A stretch of DNA of 64,000 nt from Planctomycetota bacterium (lineage in GTDB: Bacteria > Planctomycetota > UBA11346), in contig JAYVSL010000034.1 in assembly GCA_043775355.1 (NCBI GenBank), positions 2,749-66,748 of the forward strand, written 5' to 3'. The translations under genes were made by a program, and so were the position numbers. Position 1 is the stretch's first letter; each line of letters begins with the position of its first letter. The notes under the pieces are model-generated. The model was not told the origin of the DNA, did no database searches, and saw only the letters and a list, made by a program, of their open reading frames with translations. Of this stretch, positions 35,109 to 45,320 are shown one piece after another.

Positions 35109-35864
35109 TCAGCCACAGTGCGCGCAAGCGACGCCATAATGCCGGGCGATCGTCGTGCCCAACACCACGGCACCTGATAAAGCGAGCGCGATGGGCGGCA
35201 GCCAGCGTCCCGCCCAGCCAGCCAACGCCGCACGCCAACGCGCCGGTGCGGCAAGTAATGCGAGCGGAGAAAATGCGGCACCAGCCAACGCGGGCGTGGT
35301 CAGCACCACCAAGCTCGCCATCAAAAACGCTCCCGCCCATGGATCAGCCGTCGCCACCGCCAAACCAACGGCCCAAAACACAATTCCACACGGCAACGCG
35401 GCCATGCCGATACCAAGCACCAGCGCACGGATTTGCGGTTGCTGTGGTGCATGCGCGTTGAGCCACAAACCAAGTCGAGCAGAAAAAGGCAGACGGTCAT
35501 CGGTCGCCGTCAGAGCTGGACGACGACGTCCTTGCATGGCAGCGGCCACCAGAAAACTCAGCGCCAATATCACGCCCATAATTTCCGCACCGAGCCGAAC
35601 CCAACTGACGGCCGTTGCACCAAGCCATCCCGCACAAAAACCGACAACCGCGTACACCAACATGCGTCCGCATTGGTACGCACCCAAGCGCGTAGCAATG
35701 CTCAGACTGCGACGTGCGGAACTCGCCTCAGCCATTTCTGGCGCATGCATGCGCAGCCCCAGCATCAGCGGTCCACACATCCCCGCGCAATGGGCGGAGG
35801 TCCAGAGCAAGCCCAGGCCCAAGCCATAGGCGAGCAGATACCACCATGGAAGCGGGTCGGGCAT
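35109..35864 (-). CDS. TauE/SafE-like permease (HCxxMCGP-motif membrane protein) associated with cbb3 assembly.
   Basis: ...[14 protein letters not shown].. motif. Polytopic membrane protein. Coupled upstream of ccoI. Confidence 0.4.
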   Translation of the reverse strand: MPDPLPWWYLLAYGLGLGLLWTSAHCAGMCGPLMLGLRMHAPEMAEASSARRSLSIATRLGAYQCGRMLVYAVVGFCAGWLGATAVSWVRLGAEIMGVILALSFLVAAAMQGRRRPALTATDDRLPFSARLGLWLNAHAPQQPQIRALVLGIGMAALPCGIVFWAVGLAVATADPWAGAFLMASLVVLTTPALAGAAFSPLALLAAPARWRAALAGWAGRWLPPIALALSGAVVLGTTIARHYGVACAHCG

Positions 35865-35976
35865 GGCGGGCAGTGTGGTTGGCCGGAAGCCAGCTCAAGC
35901 ACGAAATCAACTATTCGGACATGAATATCCAGTTGCATTCTATCTAGACCTCTTAGCTTGCCGACGGAGTGCAGCG

Positions 35977-36243
35977 ATGGGCATGTTGTTCGTCTTTACC
36001 AGCCTCGGAATACTGCTGTTCATCGGTGCGGTGGCGGCACTCATTTGGTCGATTCGCTCGGGGCAGCTCGATGATCTCGACACCCCCGCAATGCGAGTTT
36101 TGGTCGATGACGCCGCGCCGTCGCCGCCGAAACCAACGCTGCCGTCGCCGCTTATGCCGCCGCTTCTGCCGCCCATTGAAACCAACTTCCCTGCTCAACA
36201 GCCAGATGCCTCCGCGAACGACCAGCCTCCCAGGACGCCATGA
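35977..36243 (+). CDS. ccoS: cbb3 oxidase maturation protein CcoS/FixS with a Pro-rich C-terminal tail.
   Basis: [37 protein letters not shown] matches the CcoS pattern. Its stop overlaps the ccoNO start. Confidence 0.5.
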   Translation: MGMLFVFTSLGILLFIGAVAALIWSIRSGQLDDLDTPAMRVLVDDAAPSPPKPTLPSPLMPPLLPPIETNFPAQQPDASANDQPPRTP

Positions 36244-38477
36244 GCTCTGATCAAATCGAAACTCCCAGCGCCCTTGAGTCATTTGCATATGACAACCGCA
36301 TCGTCCGCGACTTCATCATCGCGACTTTGGTGTGGGGCGTGGTCGGCATGTTGGTGGGGGTGATCATCGCCGCTCAGCTGGCGTGGCCGATGTTCAACTT
36401 TGAATTGCCGTGGTTGACCTATGGCCGCATCCGTCCGTTGCACACCAACGCGGTGATCTTTGCTTTTGCTGGCAACGCCATTTTTGCGGGCATTTATTAT
36501 TCATCGCAGCGCTTATTGAAGGCTCGCATGTTTCATGATGCACTCTCGCGATTCCATTTTTGGGGCTGGCAAGCGATCATTGTCTCTGCAGCGATCACCT
36601 TGCCGTTGGGCATAACCACCAGCAAAGAATACGCTGAGCTAGAATGGCCAATCGATATTGCGATCGCCGTAGTATGGTTGGCTTTTGGCGCGAATTTAAT
36701 CGGTACTATTTTTAAGCGCCGCGAGCGTCATTTATACGTCGCGCTATGGTTCTACCTCGCGACATTTCTAGCTGTTACTATGTTGCATGTGGTCAATTCC
36801 CTGGCGATGCCGGTAACGCTGACCCAAAGCTATTCAGTTTTTGCCGGTGCCCAGGACGCGCTGGTGCAGTGGTGGTATGGTCACAACGCAGTGGCGTTCT
36901 TTCTAACCACGCCATTTTTAGGCTTGATGTACTATTTTCTGCCCAAGGCCTCTGGCCAACCGGTCTACAGTTATCGCTTATCTATCGTGCACTTTTGGTC
37001 CTTGGTCTTCCTCTACATTTGGGCTGGTCCACATCATCTACTGAATTCCGCAACGCCGGAATGGGCGCAAACGCTCGGCGTGGTTTTCAGCCTGATGCTG
37101 ATTGCTCCGTCGTGGGGCGGTTTGGCCAATGGCTTTCTGTCGTTGCGGGGGGCCTGGGGAAAAGTCCGCGTCGATCCGGTGCTGATGTTTTTTGTCGGAG
37201 CGATTTCTTTCTATGGCGTGGCAACTCTTGAGGGCTGCTTGTTGTCGCTCAGGGAAGTCAACGCGCTGGCGCACAACACCGAATGGACCATCGGTCATGT
37301 CCACGGCGCTGCGCTGGGCTGGAATGGTTTGCTCATTTTTGGAATGATTTATTGGCTAACACCACGTTTATGGCGGACTTCGCTGTGGTCCGTGCGCCTA
37401 GCGCACGTGCACTTCTGGATCGCCATCGTTGGTATCGTGCTTTATCTCTTAGCGATGTGGATATCAGGCGTCATGCAGGGCATGATGCAATTGGCTTTCG
37501 ATCCCAACAACGGACGCCTGATGTACACCGATTGGATGCTGATTATCAAAGAGACCATTCCCTGGTACTGGGTACGTTTTGGCGGCGGCGCCTTGTATTT
37601 GGTCGGCATGCTGCTGTGCGCGTTCAACATCTGGAAGACCGCGCGCAGCGGTTCTTTCTTGGCTGAAGAAGCCGCGCAGGCACCGGCTTTAATGCCAGAC
37701 ACTGATCATCTGCCGTTGATCACCGAAGCGCTGAATCAACCAAACATGCGGTCACGCACGTCAGCAATACACGGGCTCGTCGAGCGCTGGCCGCTGGCGC
37801 TGATTATTCTGAGTTCCATCGCGCTGAGCATCGGCGGACTTTGCCAAATTGTTCCGAGCTTGATTCAAGGCGCGGTATCCCCGCCGATTGCTGGCGTGCG
37901 ACCCTACACCGGCCTTGAGCTGACTGGTCGCGACATCTACATCCGTGAAGGATGCTCTGGTTGTCATACGCAAATGGTTCGCACTCTGCGTGCGGAAACC
38001 GAACGTTACCAGGGCGAATACACTCGCATGGGTGAACATATTTACGACCGCCCATTCTTATGGGGTTCTAAGCGCACCGGACCGGATTTAGCACGCGAAG
38101 GCGTCAGTCGCCCAAGCGCGATTTGGCACTACAGCCATTTTGAAAAGCCGCAGAGCTGGGTGCCCGGCACCATCATGCCGGTTTATTCATGGCTCTGCCG
38201 CGACGATATGGATCTGAGCACCTTATCACGCAAGCTTGACGTTCTTGCCGCGCCGCCGCTCTACACCCCGTACACGGCAAGCGAAATTACCAATGCGGTT
38301 GCTGAGGCCCACGCTCAAGCAACGGTAATTGCCGACGAACTACGTACGCAACCAACCTTGGCGAATAAACCTGACCTCGAAAAGAAAGAAGTCATTGCGG
38401 TGATCGCCTACCTCAAACGACTGGGACGCGACCTTAAAAATCCCTCACCTGCGCACATCAGCGCAGCAGGACGCTAA
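36240..38477 (+). CDS. ccoNO: cbb3-type cytochrome c oxidase, fused subunits I and II (CcoN-CcoO fusion).
   Basis: 745 aa. Heme-copper oxidase 12-TM core with His ligands, followed by a C-terminal mono-heme c domain ([14 protein letters not shown]). Confidence 0.75.
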   Translation: MSSDQIETPSALESFAYDNRIVRDFIIATLVWGVVGMLVGVIIAAQLAWPMFNFELPWLTYGRIRPLHTNAVIFAFAGNAIFAGIYYSSQRLLKARMFHDALSRFHFWGWQAIIVSAAITLPLGITTSKEYAELEWPIDIAIAVVWLAFGANLIGTIFKRRERHLYVALWFYLATFLAVTMLHVVNSLAMPVTLTQSYSVFAGAQDALVQWWYGHNAVAFFLTTPFLGLMYYFLPKASGQPVYSYRLSIVHFWSLVFLYIWAGPHHLLNSATPEWAQTLGVVFSLMLIAPSWGGLANGFLSLRGAWGKVRVDPVLMFFVGAISFYGVATLEGCLLSLREVNALAHNTEWTIGHVHGAALGWNGLLIFGMIYWLTPRLWRTSLWSVRLAHVHFWIAIVGIVLYLLAMWISGVMQGMMQLAFDPNNGRLMYTDWMLIIKETIPWYWVRFGGGALYLVGMLLCAFNIWKTARSGSFLAEEAAQAPALMPDTDHLPLITEALNQPNMRSRTSAIHGLVERWPLALIILSSIALSIGGLCQIVPSLIQGAVSPPIAGVRPYTGLELTGRDIYIREGCSGCHTQMVRTLRAETERYQGEYTRMGEHIYDRPFLWGSKRTGPDLAREGVSRPSAIWHYSHFEKPQSWVPGTIMPVYSWLCRDDMDLSTLSRKLDVLAAPPLYTPYTASEITNAVAEAHAQATVIADELRTQPTLANKPDLEKKEVIAVIAYLKRLGRDLKNPSPAHISAAGR

Positions 38478-38480
38478 ATT

Positions 38481-38699
38481 ATGCTGAAAGAAATCCTTTC
38501 CCCAACGGGCAGCGTTCTGCCGCAACTGGCACTGCTGCTCTTTGTCGCCATCGCCATCCTGATTATCGTCTACATCGCCACTGATCGCCGACGTGATCAT
38601 CAGAAGCGGATGGAATCCATGCCGCTGGATGACGGCACGCCTGTGGTCAAAGCCGACGCTAAAGACGATGCCAAAGATAAAGTCCAGGATCAGGCATGA
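38481..38699 (+). CDS. ccoQ: cbb3 oxidase small subunit CcoQ-like.
   Basis: 72 aa. Single TM. Sits between ccoNO and ccoP. Confidence 0.4.
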   Translation: MLKEILSPTGSVLPQLALLLFVAIAILIIVYIATDRRRDHQKRMESMPLDDGTPVVKADAKDDAKDKVQDQA

Positions 38700-39310
38700 C
38701 GTACGCTCCATCTGATGATGACGGTCGTCCGCCGATGAATACGCCGAAAGAAATCACCCACGATGGCATCGTCGAATTCGACAATGATCCGCCGCTGTGG
38801 TTGACGGTGACCTTTCTTTTGTCGATCCTTTTTGGCATTTGGTACGCGTTGAATTATCATTTGTCGGTCACCGCCAAACTGGGGCCCGACGATTGGCGTG
38901 CCCAAATGGCGGCATTAGCTGAACTGCGCGCATCAAAAGATACGGGGCCATTAGATGAAGCTGCGATGCGCTCGCTTTCTGCGGTACCTGAACGCATTGC
39001 CCGTGGCGCAGTACTCTTTTCCACCAATGAGTGCGCCACGTGCCACGGTGCGGATGGCACCAGTGACGCTAATAAACCTGGCCCGAATCTGCGTGATCGT
39101 TATTGGATGCATGGCAGTTCGATGGAAGCCATCGCCACGCTCATCCGTACGGGCGCCAACAACAATGCTATGCCTGCCCAGGGTGGTAAATTATCGAACC
39201 AGGATATTGCCAACCTCACGATTTTCTTAGTCGATTGGAATCGTCAGGGCGAAAAATCTGGCAAAGCAGTGAATCTCGCCGTCGAACATGACACCCCCAT
39301 AAAGTATTAA
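38696..39310 (+). CDS. ccoP: cbb3 oxidase subunit III-like mono-heme cytochrome c (CcoP).
   Basis: N-terminal TM. Single CATCH heme motif. Confidence 0.5.
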   Translation: MTYAPSDDDGRPPMNTPKEITHDGIVEFDNDPPLWLTVTFLLSILFGIWYALNYHLSVTAKLGPDDWRAQMAALAELRASKDTGPLDEAAMRSLSAVPERIARGAVLFSTNECATCHGADGTSDANKPGPNLRDRYWMHGSSMEAIATLIRTGANNNAMPAQGGKLSNQDIANLTIFLVDWNRQGEKSGKAVNLAVEHDTPIKY

Positions 39311-39312
39311 CC

Positions 39313-39786
39313 ATGAACCCCACCGCTCGCTCTCCGCGTTATAATTTTTGGCCGTGGCTGCCGGTGTTCGTGATCGGCTCAGCAGCGATCGCCAACGGCG
39401 TCATCATCGTGGTCGCCAATCGCGTCAGTCCGCAAAAAGTCGAAGCTCAGGCCTACGCCGCCAGCGTGCATTTTGATGCGGATAAAATCGCCGCCGAAAC
39501 GTTCACTGCCAACGGTCATCGACTGGCGATCAGCTTTCCCAATCCTTCAAGCCTCAGCATGAGCATCGATGGAACGGCGGCGGCCGGCAGCGGCGAAGTA
39601 CGCCTTTATCGCCCCGATGCGCCATCTGCTGATTTCGTCGCAACCTGGAAAGATGTCACCAAACCACTGATTATCCCACTGACTCGCCAAGGTTTTTGGC
39701 GCATTGATTTGCGCCTGACCAGCAGCGACGGCAAAGCGCTCGCCGCCAGAACCTCGATCGACACTTTAACTGGGAATATCCAATGA
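39313..39786 (+). CDS. fixH: FixH/CcoH-family protein.
   Basis: MNPTARSPRYNFWPWLPVFVIGSAAIANGVII resembles the FixH N-terminus. Operon position is consistent. Confidence 0.45.
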   Translation: MNPTARSPRYNFWPWLPVFVIGSAAIANGVIIVVANRVSPQKVEAQAYAASVHFDADKIAAETFTANGHRLAISFPNPSSLSMSIDGTAAAGSGEVRLYRPDAPSADFVATWKDVTKPLIIPLTRQGFWRIDLRLTSSDGKALAARTSIDTLTGNIQ

Positions 39787-40193
39787 TTTCACTCACCGCT
39801 GAACATGCCCTCCGCGCCGTGGTCTTTCTCGCCGGTCATCCCGGCGGATGTTGCACGGTCGACTGCATTGCCCAGAACTCTGGCATTCCTGCCGGATCGT
39901 TAGCCAAAGTCATGCAGCAACTCAGTCGTGCGGGATTAGTGAGTTCTCAGCGTGGTCCGCACGGCGGCTTCGTTCTGACGCGTTTGCCAGAAGCATTGAC
40001 CTTCATGGAGGTCATTGCCGCCGTCGACGCGCCACGTCCCACTGGCAGACTGAATTCCATGCCGAGCGACGCGCTCAGCCGACGACTGGATGCCACTCGC
40101 GCACAGATCGAAGCCACCTATCGGGCGACTACCGTTGCACAGTTCTTGCGAGAAAATGACACGCTGATCCCGGCTTGTTCCAGCCCAACGTAA
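39783..40193 (+). CDS. Rrf2-family regulator, second paralog.
   Basis: MISLTAEHALRAVVFLAGH...SLAKVMQQLSRAGLVSSQRGPHGGF. N-terminus nearly identical to the 29282 paralog. Confidence 0.6.
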   Translation: MISLTAEHALRAVVFLAGHPGGCCTVDCIAQNSGIPAGSLAKVMQQLSRAGLVSSQRGPHGGFVLTRLPEALTFMEVIAAVDAPRPTGRLNSMPSDALSRRLDATRAQIEATYRATTVAQFLRENDTLIPACSSPT

Positions 40194-41320
40194 TCGCGAA
40201 TACCGAGCTCTACGAAATCAGGGGAAAATCTGTCATGCGCCCCATTGTCGATTTCAATCAAGCGCCCTTCATCGTCATCTGGGAAATCACCCGCGCGTGC
40301 GATCTCGCGTGTCGGCACTGTCGAGCGGAAGCTCAGCCGCAGCCCGACCACGATGAATTATCCACTGATGAAGGTTTGAAATTACTCTCGCACGTGCGCG
40401 AAGAATTCGGCCCGGTGCTGTTTGTGCTCACTGGTGGTGACCCCCTCAAGCGCGCTGATCTCCATCAATTGATTCGTCACGGCACCGCCATCGGCCTGCG
40501 CATGACCATCACGCCATCGGTCACGCCGTTGTTGACCAGCGAGGCACTCGGCGCGCTGCGTGCCAGCGGCATTCGTCGAGTAGCCATGAGTCTCGACGGC
40601 GCTGACGCCAAAACGCACGATCAATTCCGTGGCGTGGACGGAACCTTTCGTCGCACCATCGAAGCGCTGACCACCGCGCATAACCTGGGCATCGAAATCC
40701 AAATCAACAGCACGGTATCACGACATAATCTCGAACAGGTTGAGCAGCTTGCCAAAATGATCGGCTGGCTCGGAGCCACTTTATGGTCGGTGTTCGTCGT
40801 GGTACCAACCGGACGCGCGGCACAAGGAGACGATTCGTTGGTGCCAACGGCCGTCGAGCACGAACTGCTCTATCGAAAGTTAGCCAATATCGCGCTTGAT
40901 CCCGCGACGACGTACGACGTTAAAACCACCGCAGGCCAGCCGTATTACCGCGTTTTAGCACAAGAACGCGCTCGTCGAGGAGCCCATAGCCCCACGCGTT
41001 CATTACGCGCTCCGCGTGGCGTCAATGATGGAAATGGTTTCTTATTCATCAGCCACACCGGCGATATCTGCCCCTCTGGATTCCTGCCGTTGGTCGCTGG
41101 AAATGTCCGCACTCACAGCGCCGCCACGGTCTATCGCCATCACGATTTATTCACCCGCTTACGCCAACCAGAAACGTTCAGCGGCAAATGCGGACGCTGC
41201 GACTTCAATCATCATTGCGGCGGCAGCCGCAGCCGAGCGTACGCCATGACTGGCGATCCGTTTGCTAGCGATCCGACCTGCGTGTATCAACCGAAGGGTG
41301 AAGTGGGCGTTACGACATGA
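40175..41320 (+). CDS. Radical SAM protein with a C-terminal SPASM/twitch domain (AhbD/NirJ-like).
   Basis: CDLACRHC CX3CX2C motif. C-terminal CGRCDFNHHCGG auxiliary-cluster Cys. Confidence 0.55.
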   Translation: MFQPNVIANTELYEIRGKSVMRPIVDFNQAPFIVIWEITRACDLACRHCRAEAQPQPDHDELSTDEGLKLLSHVREEFGPVLFVLTGGDPLKRADLHQLIRHGTAIGLRMTITPSVTPLLTSEALGALRASGIRRVAMSLDGADAKTHDQFRGVDGTFRRTIEALTTAHNLGIEIQINSTVSRHNLEQVEQLAKMIGWLGATLWSVFVVVPTGRAAQGDDSLVPTAVEHELLYRKLANIALDPATTYDVKTTAGQPYYRVLAQERARRGAHSPTRSLRAPRGVNDGNGFLFISHTGDICPSGFLPLVAGNVRTHSAATVYRHHDLFTRLRQPETFSGKCGRCDFNHHCGGSRSRAYAMTGDPFASDPTCVYQPKGEVGVTT

Positions 41321-41331
41321 ACTCTATTGAC

Positions 41332-42162
41332 CTAACCACGTCCCCCCGCACTTCGGCGCAAATCTACCGCGACTTTATTTCCATGCTTAGCCGGATGACG
41401 AACCGCATGGCGCACCACTTGGCATCGCTCACGGGTCGGCTGTTTCAACCATTGATGGCAGAGATCAAAAGCGATTTGCGGATGATCCTTCGCAATATCA
41501 CCGACGTGATTCGCTACGGATCGGCGAACATACAACTCAGGGTCGTCAACCAATTGATGCAGCAGCGGCAGAACCGGCATGGGATCACGGATAAACGCGG
41601 GCAGGCGACCAGCCCAGGGTAAGCGTGACCGGGTTCCTTCGCTGACCAGCCGTCGGACGTGATGATTCGCGTCCTTGGCCCAGATGGCTAAGCGAGCGAG
41701 CGTGCGTTCTTGCTCAGCCATCAGATACGGACGAATGGAAAATTCACCGGAGAAGCGTTTCGTAATTTCATAATTTGCCTGCATCCCTGCTTTCCAATCA
41801 GCGATCAGATGCTTGGCAATAAATGCCGTGTGCGGCAAATAGAAAAATACTTTAAGGCCATATCCTTTGGTGACCGTTAGCTCTGGTCCCAAGCTGGCGA
41901 TCAATTGTCGCGCTGCCTCAGCTGGAACAGCAGCAAGATACGCGGCCATGGCGTTGGCGATGTGCTGCGCGCGCGGCATTAACTCCAAATTGTCCAAGCC
42001 GCTGTTCGCAGAACGGACAAATCCACGGCGGTCAAAATTCGGGACCACAGCGGCAAAACTATCGGCGATCAGACCAACCAATTGGCGATCCAACAATTCC
42101 TTCAACGGCGTGCCGCTCTGGATTGACGACGGCGCACGAAATTGTTCAGCGGGATGTGGCAT
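41332..42162 (-). CDS. DNA alkylation repair enzyme (AlkC/AlkD-like HEAT-repeat glycosylase family).
   Basis: ...ANHVGDIAKDHPQIAFDLCHQWLK... DNA_alkylation family pattern. Confidence 0.5.
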   Translation of the reverse strand: MPHPAEQFRAPSSIQSGTPLKELLDRQLVGLIADSFAAVVPNFDRRGFVRSANSGLDNLELMPRAQHIANAMAAYLAAVPAEAARQLIASLGPELTVTKGYGLKVFFYLPHTAFIAKHLIADWKAGMQANYEITKRFSGEFSIRPYLMAEQERTLARLAIWAKDANHHVRRLVSEGTRSRLPWAGRLPAFIRDPMPVLPLLHQLVDDPELYVRRSVANHVGDIAKDHPQIAFDLCHQWLKQPTRERCQVVRHAVRHPAKHGNKVAVDLRRSAGGRG

Positions 42163-42392
42163 AGGTAGTTTGGCCGCAGCCTATCGAGAGCTTTCTTCAT
42201 AGAATCGCCGCGTTGTACTTGGCGATCCTGATTTCGAACCGAGTGCAACGCGGCGAGCCCAGGAAGGAAAGCTTTGGCTACCAACTCCTGAATGCTGCGG
42301 ATGAGCTAAATAAAGCCCGTTGTAAGATTTCTGCAACAGGTGGTAATAGTGATAACCCGTGGCGAGCCTCCTCGCTGCACCACCTCCCAAGG

Positions 42393-43034
42393 ATGACCAT
42401 TATGAATAATCGCCTGTTGGCCTGCGGCCTTCTCCTCTTCACCGGCGCCCTGGCAAACGCCGCCGACTTCAAGCCCAACGACGAGGGCTACATTCGCAAC
42501 TGGCTGATGTTGGATGGATTTGAACTTGGTGATAAAGCCAGCGAACACGAAGAAGATTCGCAAAAAGACTTTTTTCTCAAAGAAGCTTTTGAAGGAGAAT
42601 TCAAGGCCAAGCCAAAAGCTGGCGACAAAGTCAAAATCACTTTGCCAGGAGTAACCTCAACTGAAGCGAGCTGGAAAGCTGGCGAGGCGGAAGAATCCGT
42701 GCTGAGTTTTGAAGAGAAAGAAAACTCGTTGTTTATTTCCGTGGTGTACGTCATCAGCGAGGTTGAAGTTCCCGAAGTGAAATTGTCGATTGGTTCCGAC
42801 GATAGCTCAAACTGGCGCGTCAACGGTAAAGAAGTCTTGTCCGTCTATAGTGGCCGCGGTGTCGAACCTGATCAGGACGAGAGCGTTCCCTTCACTTTGG
42901 TCAAAGGCACCAATGTCATCTTAGCCTCGGTCATCAACGGCACGGGACCAACGGGACTCAGCGCGCGTATTCTCGACAAGACTGGTAATCCCGTAAAGAA
43001 TGTGGTCATTTCGCTGACGCCACCGGTAAATTGA
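42393..43034 (+). CDS. Secreted hypothetical protein, lower GC.
   Basis: MTIMNNRLLACGLLLFTGALANA|ADFK signal peptide. ~45% GC. Lys/Glu-rich. Confidence 0.4.
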   Translation: MTIMNNRLLACGLLLFTGALANAADFKPNDEGYIRNWLMLDGFELGDKASEHEEDSQKDFFLKEAFEGEFKAKPKAGDKVKITLPGVTSTEASWKAGEAEESVLSFEEKENSLFISVVYVISEVEVPEVKLSIGSDDSSNWRVNGKEVLSVYSGRGVEPDQDESVPFTLVKGTNVILASVINGTGPTGLSARILDKTGNPVKNVVISLTPPVN

Positions 43035-43126
43035 CCTGATTTTTTGTTCTTCAGTATCGGGCCGCTGGTCCATGCCGCTGGTGCGGATCGGCCAGCGGCA
43101 TTTCTTTTCACCGTCATTGCCCATTC

Positions 43127-44038
43127 ATGAATAATACCAACCTTTCGCTAAGCAGTAACGAAGTCCATTGGTTGCTCACGAGTCCTGCTCTGTTTGCGCA
43201 GATCGCTGATATTCCGTTGATGCCTGACGAGGCTAGATCGCGAATTTCCCAAGCGCTTCGTCAGTCGTTTTTTTCCGCTGAAAATTCTGAACAGCATACC
43301 ATCCATAGCCGAGTTTCCCTTGGACACCGTGCTGAAATGCTGCTGGCACAGGCCCTGTCGCATTGCCCTGAAATTGAACTGATCGCACAACAACAAACGA
43401 TTCGCATCAATGCGCAAAATGCGCAAACCATCGGCGAGCTTGATCTCCTCTACGATGATCACGTACGTCAGCACCGCGTGCACTGCGAATTGTCCGTACG
43501 CATTATCCTGCAACGACATCCACAAGCAGCGTGGAGCGCCTGGTGCGGAACGGATCCACGTCACCTATTTAGCGATAAACTGCGGCACTTACGTGATCAC
43601 CAATTACCTCTCGGACAACATCCTGACGTACCGCGTCATCCCACGTGGCCGACGGTATCAGAAGCCCTGATCCTTGGCTGGGCGTTGCAGCCGATTGATC
43701 AGCAATGGCCCGACCTGCTCGGCGCAGCGCCAGATCACCTACGCGGATGGTGGCTGCGCCATGGTGAACATGAGGTACCGCGCGCCTCACGAGCCGCGCG
43801 CTTTGTTATTATCCCACCTGATCACTGGATGGCATTCGTTGAATTACCAAACGCAACGTCGGTGCTCGCCCCAGGTGAACTATCGACCCATCTGCGTCAT
43901 CATTTTTCCAACCATGAAAACGCGGTTTTCGTCGCGGAAGTCGTGCGAAATGCCAACGGTCAATGGCAAGAGGTCACGCGTGGCGCGGTGGTACACCAGC
44001 GCTGGCCAGAAATGCCGCTCAAGCATCCGCCTGCATAA
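43127..44038 (+). CDS. Hypothetical protein (possibly DUF1853-like).
   Basis: 303 aa. GELDLLYDD motif. Confidence 0.25.
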   Translation: MNNTNLSLSSNEVHWLLTSPALFAQIADIPLMPDEARSRISQALRQSFFSAENSEQHTIHSRVSLGHRAEMLLAQALSHCPEIELIAQQQTIRINAQNAQTIGELDLLYDDHVRQHRVHCELSVRIILQRHPQAAWSAWCGTDPRHLFSDKLRHLRDHQLPLGQHPDVPRHPTWPTVSEALILGWALQPIDQQWPDLLGAAPDHLRGWWLRHGEHEVPRASRAARFVIIPPDHWMAFVELPNATSVLAPGELSTHLRHHFSNHENAVFVAEVVRNANGQWQEVTRGAVVHQRWPEMPLKHPPA

Positions 44039-44879
44039 ACGGATTATCGTCCTCGCCCACCGGACTCCAGAAACGGAAATGGCGGAGGTATTCAGCGAGC
44101 GCGAGGTTGTGACCGGAAGCCGTTTCGATCCAACGTTGAGCATGCTCAACTAATTGCCGTTCACGATCCACGGTGATCATGCCCGCCATCAAGCGCGTGC
44201 GCAGAAAAACAAAATAGGTGTCGAGCGCGTCGCACATGCAGTAATCGTCGATGCGTTCACGTTCACCGCGCTCCCACAGATCTTGCACCATGTTGCCCTT
44301 GGTATCCATTTTCCCAGGCTTACCCAACAATTGCGCGCACAGATTCAGGCCGCCGTTCATGTGCGTAGCGCCTTGGTTGCCCAAGAAATCTTGCAGATCG
44401 AGATGCGCCGTGGTGTTGAAGCGATTGCGCGGCTGACTGTAACCAGCACCAGTGGCATTAAACCACACTGGCTGCGGAATACCGTAGCGATAGCAACACA
44501 ACTCCAGAACGGGCACGTCAAAAAACCGACCATTAAAGGTCACCAACGTTGGCTGCCCGTAGGCTTGCCAGCCTTTCCAGAATGTCCGCGTAATAACGTG
44601 CGGACGAAACTTCGGGCGATCCAGCGTAATGACATCAATCAGCGAAAAGTCCTGCGCCACCTTGGCAATCGCTATGGAGACCGGCAACTGAAACGTATGC
44701 GGAATGAAATCGCTTTTCCCGCCAGATTTTTCCATCAACTCAGCGCGCTGTTTCGCCACCGCCTGCTCTGGCGTCAACTCTTTCAGATCGGGATAACGCA
44801 CCCGCTGGATCAACCGACCGTCGGCGACGGTTTCGATGTCAAAGACGAGGTAAGCTGGTTTGTCGGTTTTTTCGTTCAT
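44019..44879 (-). CDS. Predicted DnaQ/PolB-like 3'-5' exonuclease (RNase H fold).
   Basis: Trimmed to MNEKTDKPAYLVFDIETV (Exo I DxE motif). Later YCMCDALDTY (Exo III Y-x3-D). Confidence 0.55.
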   Translation of the reverse strand: MNEKTDKPAYLVFDIETVADGRLIQRVRYPDLKELTPEQAVAKQRAELMEKSGGKSDFIPHTFQLPVSIAIAKVAQDFSLIDVITLDRPKFRPHVITRTFWKGWQAYGQPTLVTFNGRFFDVPVLELCCYRYGIPQPVWFNATGAGYSQPRNRFNTTAHLDLQDFLGNQGATHMNGGLNLCAQLLGKPGKMDTKGNMVQDLWERGERERIDDYCMCDALDTYFVFLRTRLMAGMITVDRERQLVEHAQRWIETASGHNLALAEYLRHFRFWSPVGEDDNPFMQADA

Positions 44880-45060
44880 GTTGGGGAAGTGTGGGAATTG
44901 CCGCGGTGACGCTAGCCCCACTGAATGATCACCAGATGTAGCCGATCCCCACCGCCGCCGTGGCCAAACCATTCGCTTCGCGCGCATCTTCTATGCTGGC
45001 GCTGGCTGCCTGAATTTGACCAGTTGCCAGCGACGTACTGGCGACTTGGTCATCTGCTCT

Positions 45061-45265
45061 CAACTCGCCCCGCAAGGGGCCGCATGAAAATAGCCCGGTA
45101 CTTTAGTGCCGGGGATCATGTGATCCTCTATTGCGAGAATAGTCCTGGAAGGACGGCTGAAGTGGGCTGTGTTTCAGTCGTCCTTCCAGGACTGCCGCTT
45201 AGATTGACTCGTTTCCCGGTACTGAAGTACCGGGCTATTTTCGCGTCGTCCCGCTGGGACGAACA
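45061..45265. ncRNA. Highly structured symmetric element of nested hairpins. Candidate sRNA, regulatory leader or palindromic mobile element.
   Basis: Hairpins: gccccGCAAggggc; cccggtacTTTAgtgccggg; agtcctggaaggacg...cgtccttccaggact; cccggtacTGAAgtaccggg; cgtcccGCTGggacg. The flanking arms aaaatagcccggtac and gtaccgggctatttt are inverted repeats. Confidence 0.35.
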
Positions 45266-45320
45266 AAAACGTCAAAGCACCAAGTACAGAAAATGTGTCT
45301 ACTGAGCTGGCGGGTGGAAC

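Noticed and set aside
35155-35829. 224-aa plus-strand ORF inside the TauE-like gene, with further short ORFs at 35246..35461 and 35433..35924.
   Set aside because: Antisense to a polytopic membrane protein gene. Ala/Arg/Pro-rich, non-protein-like composition.
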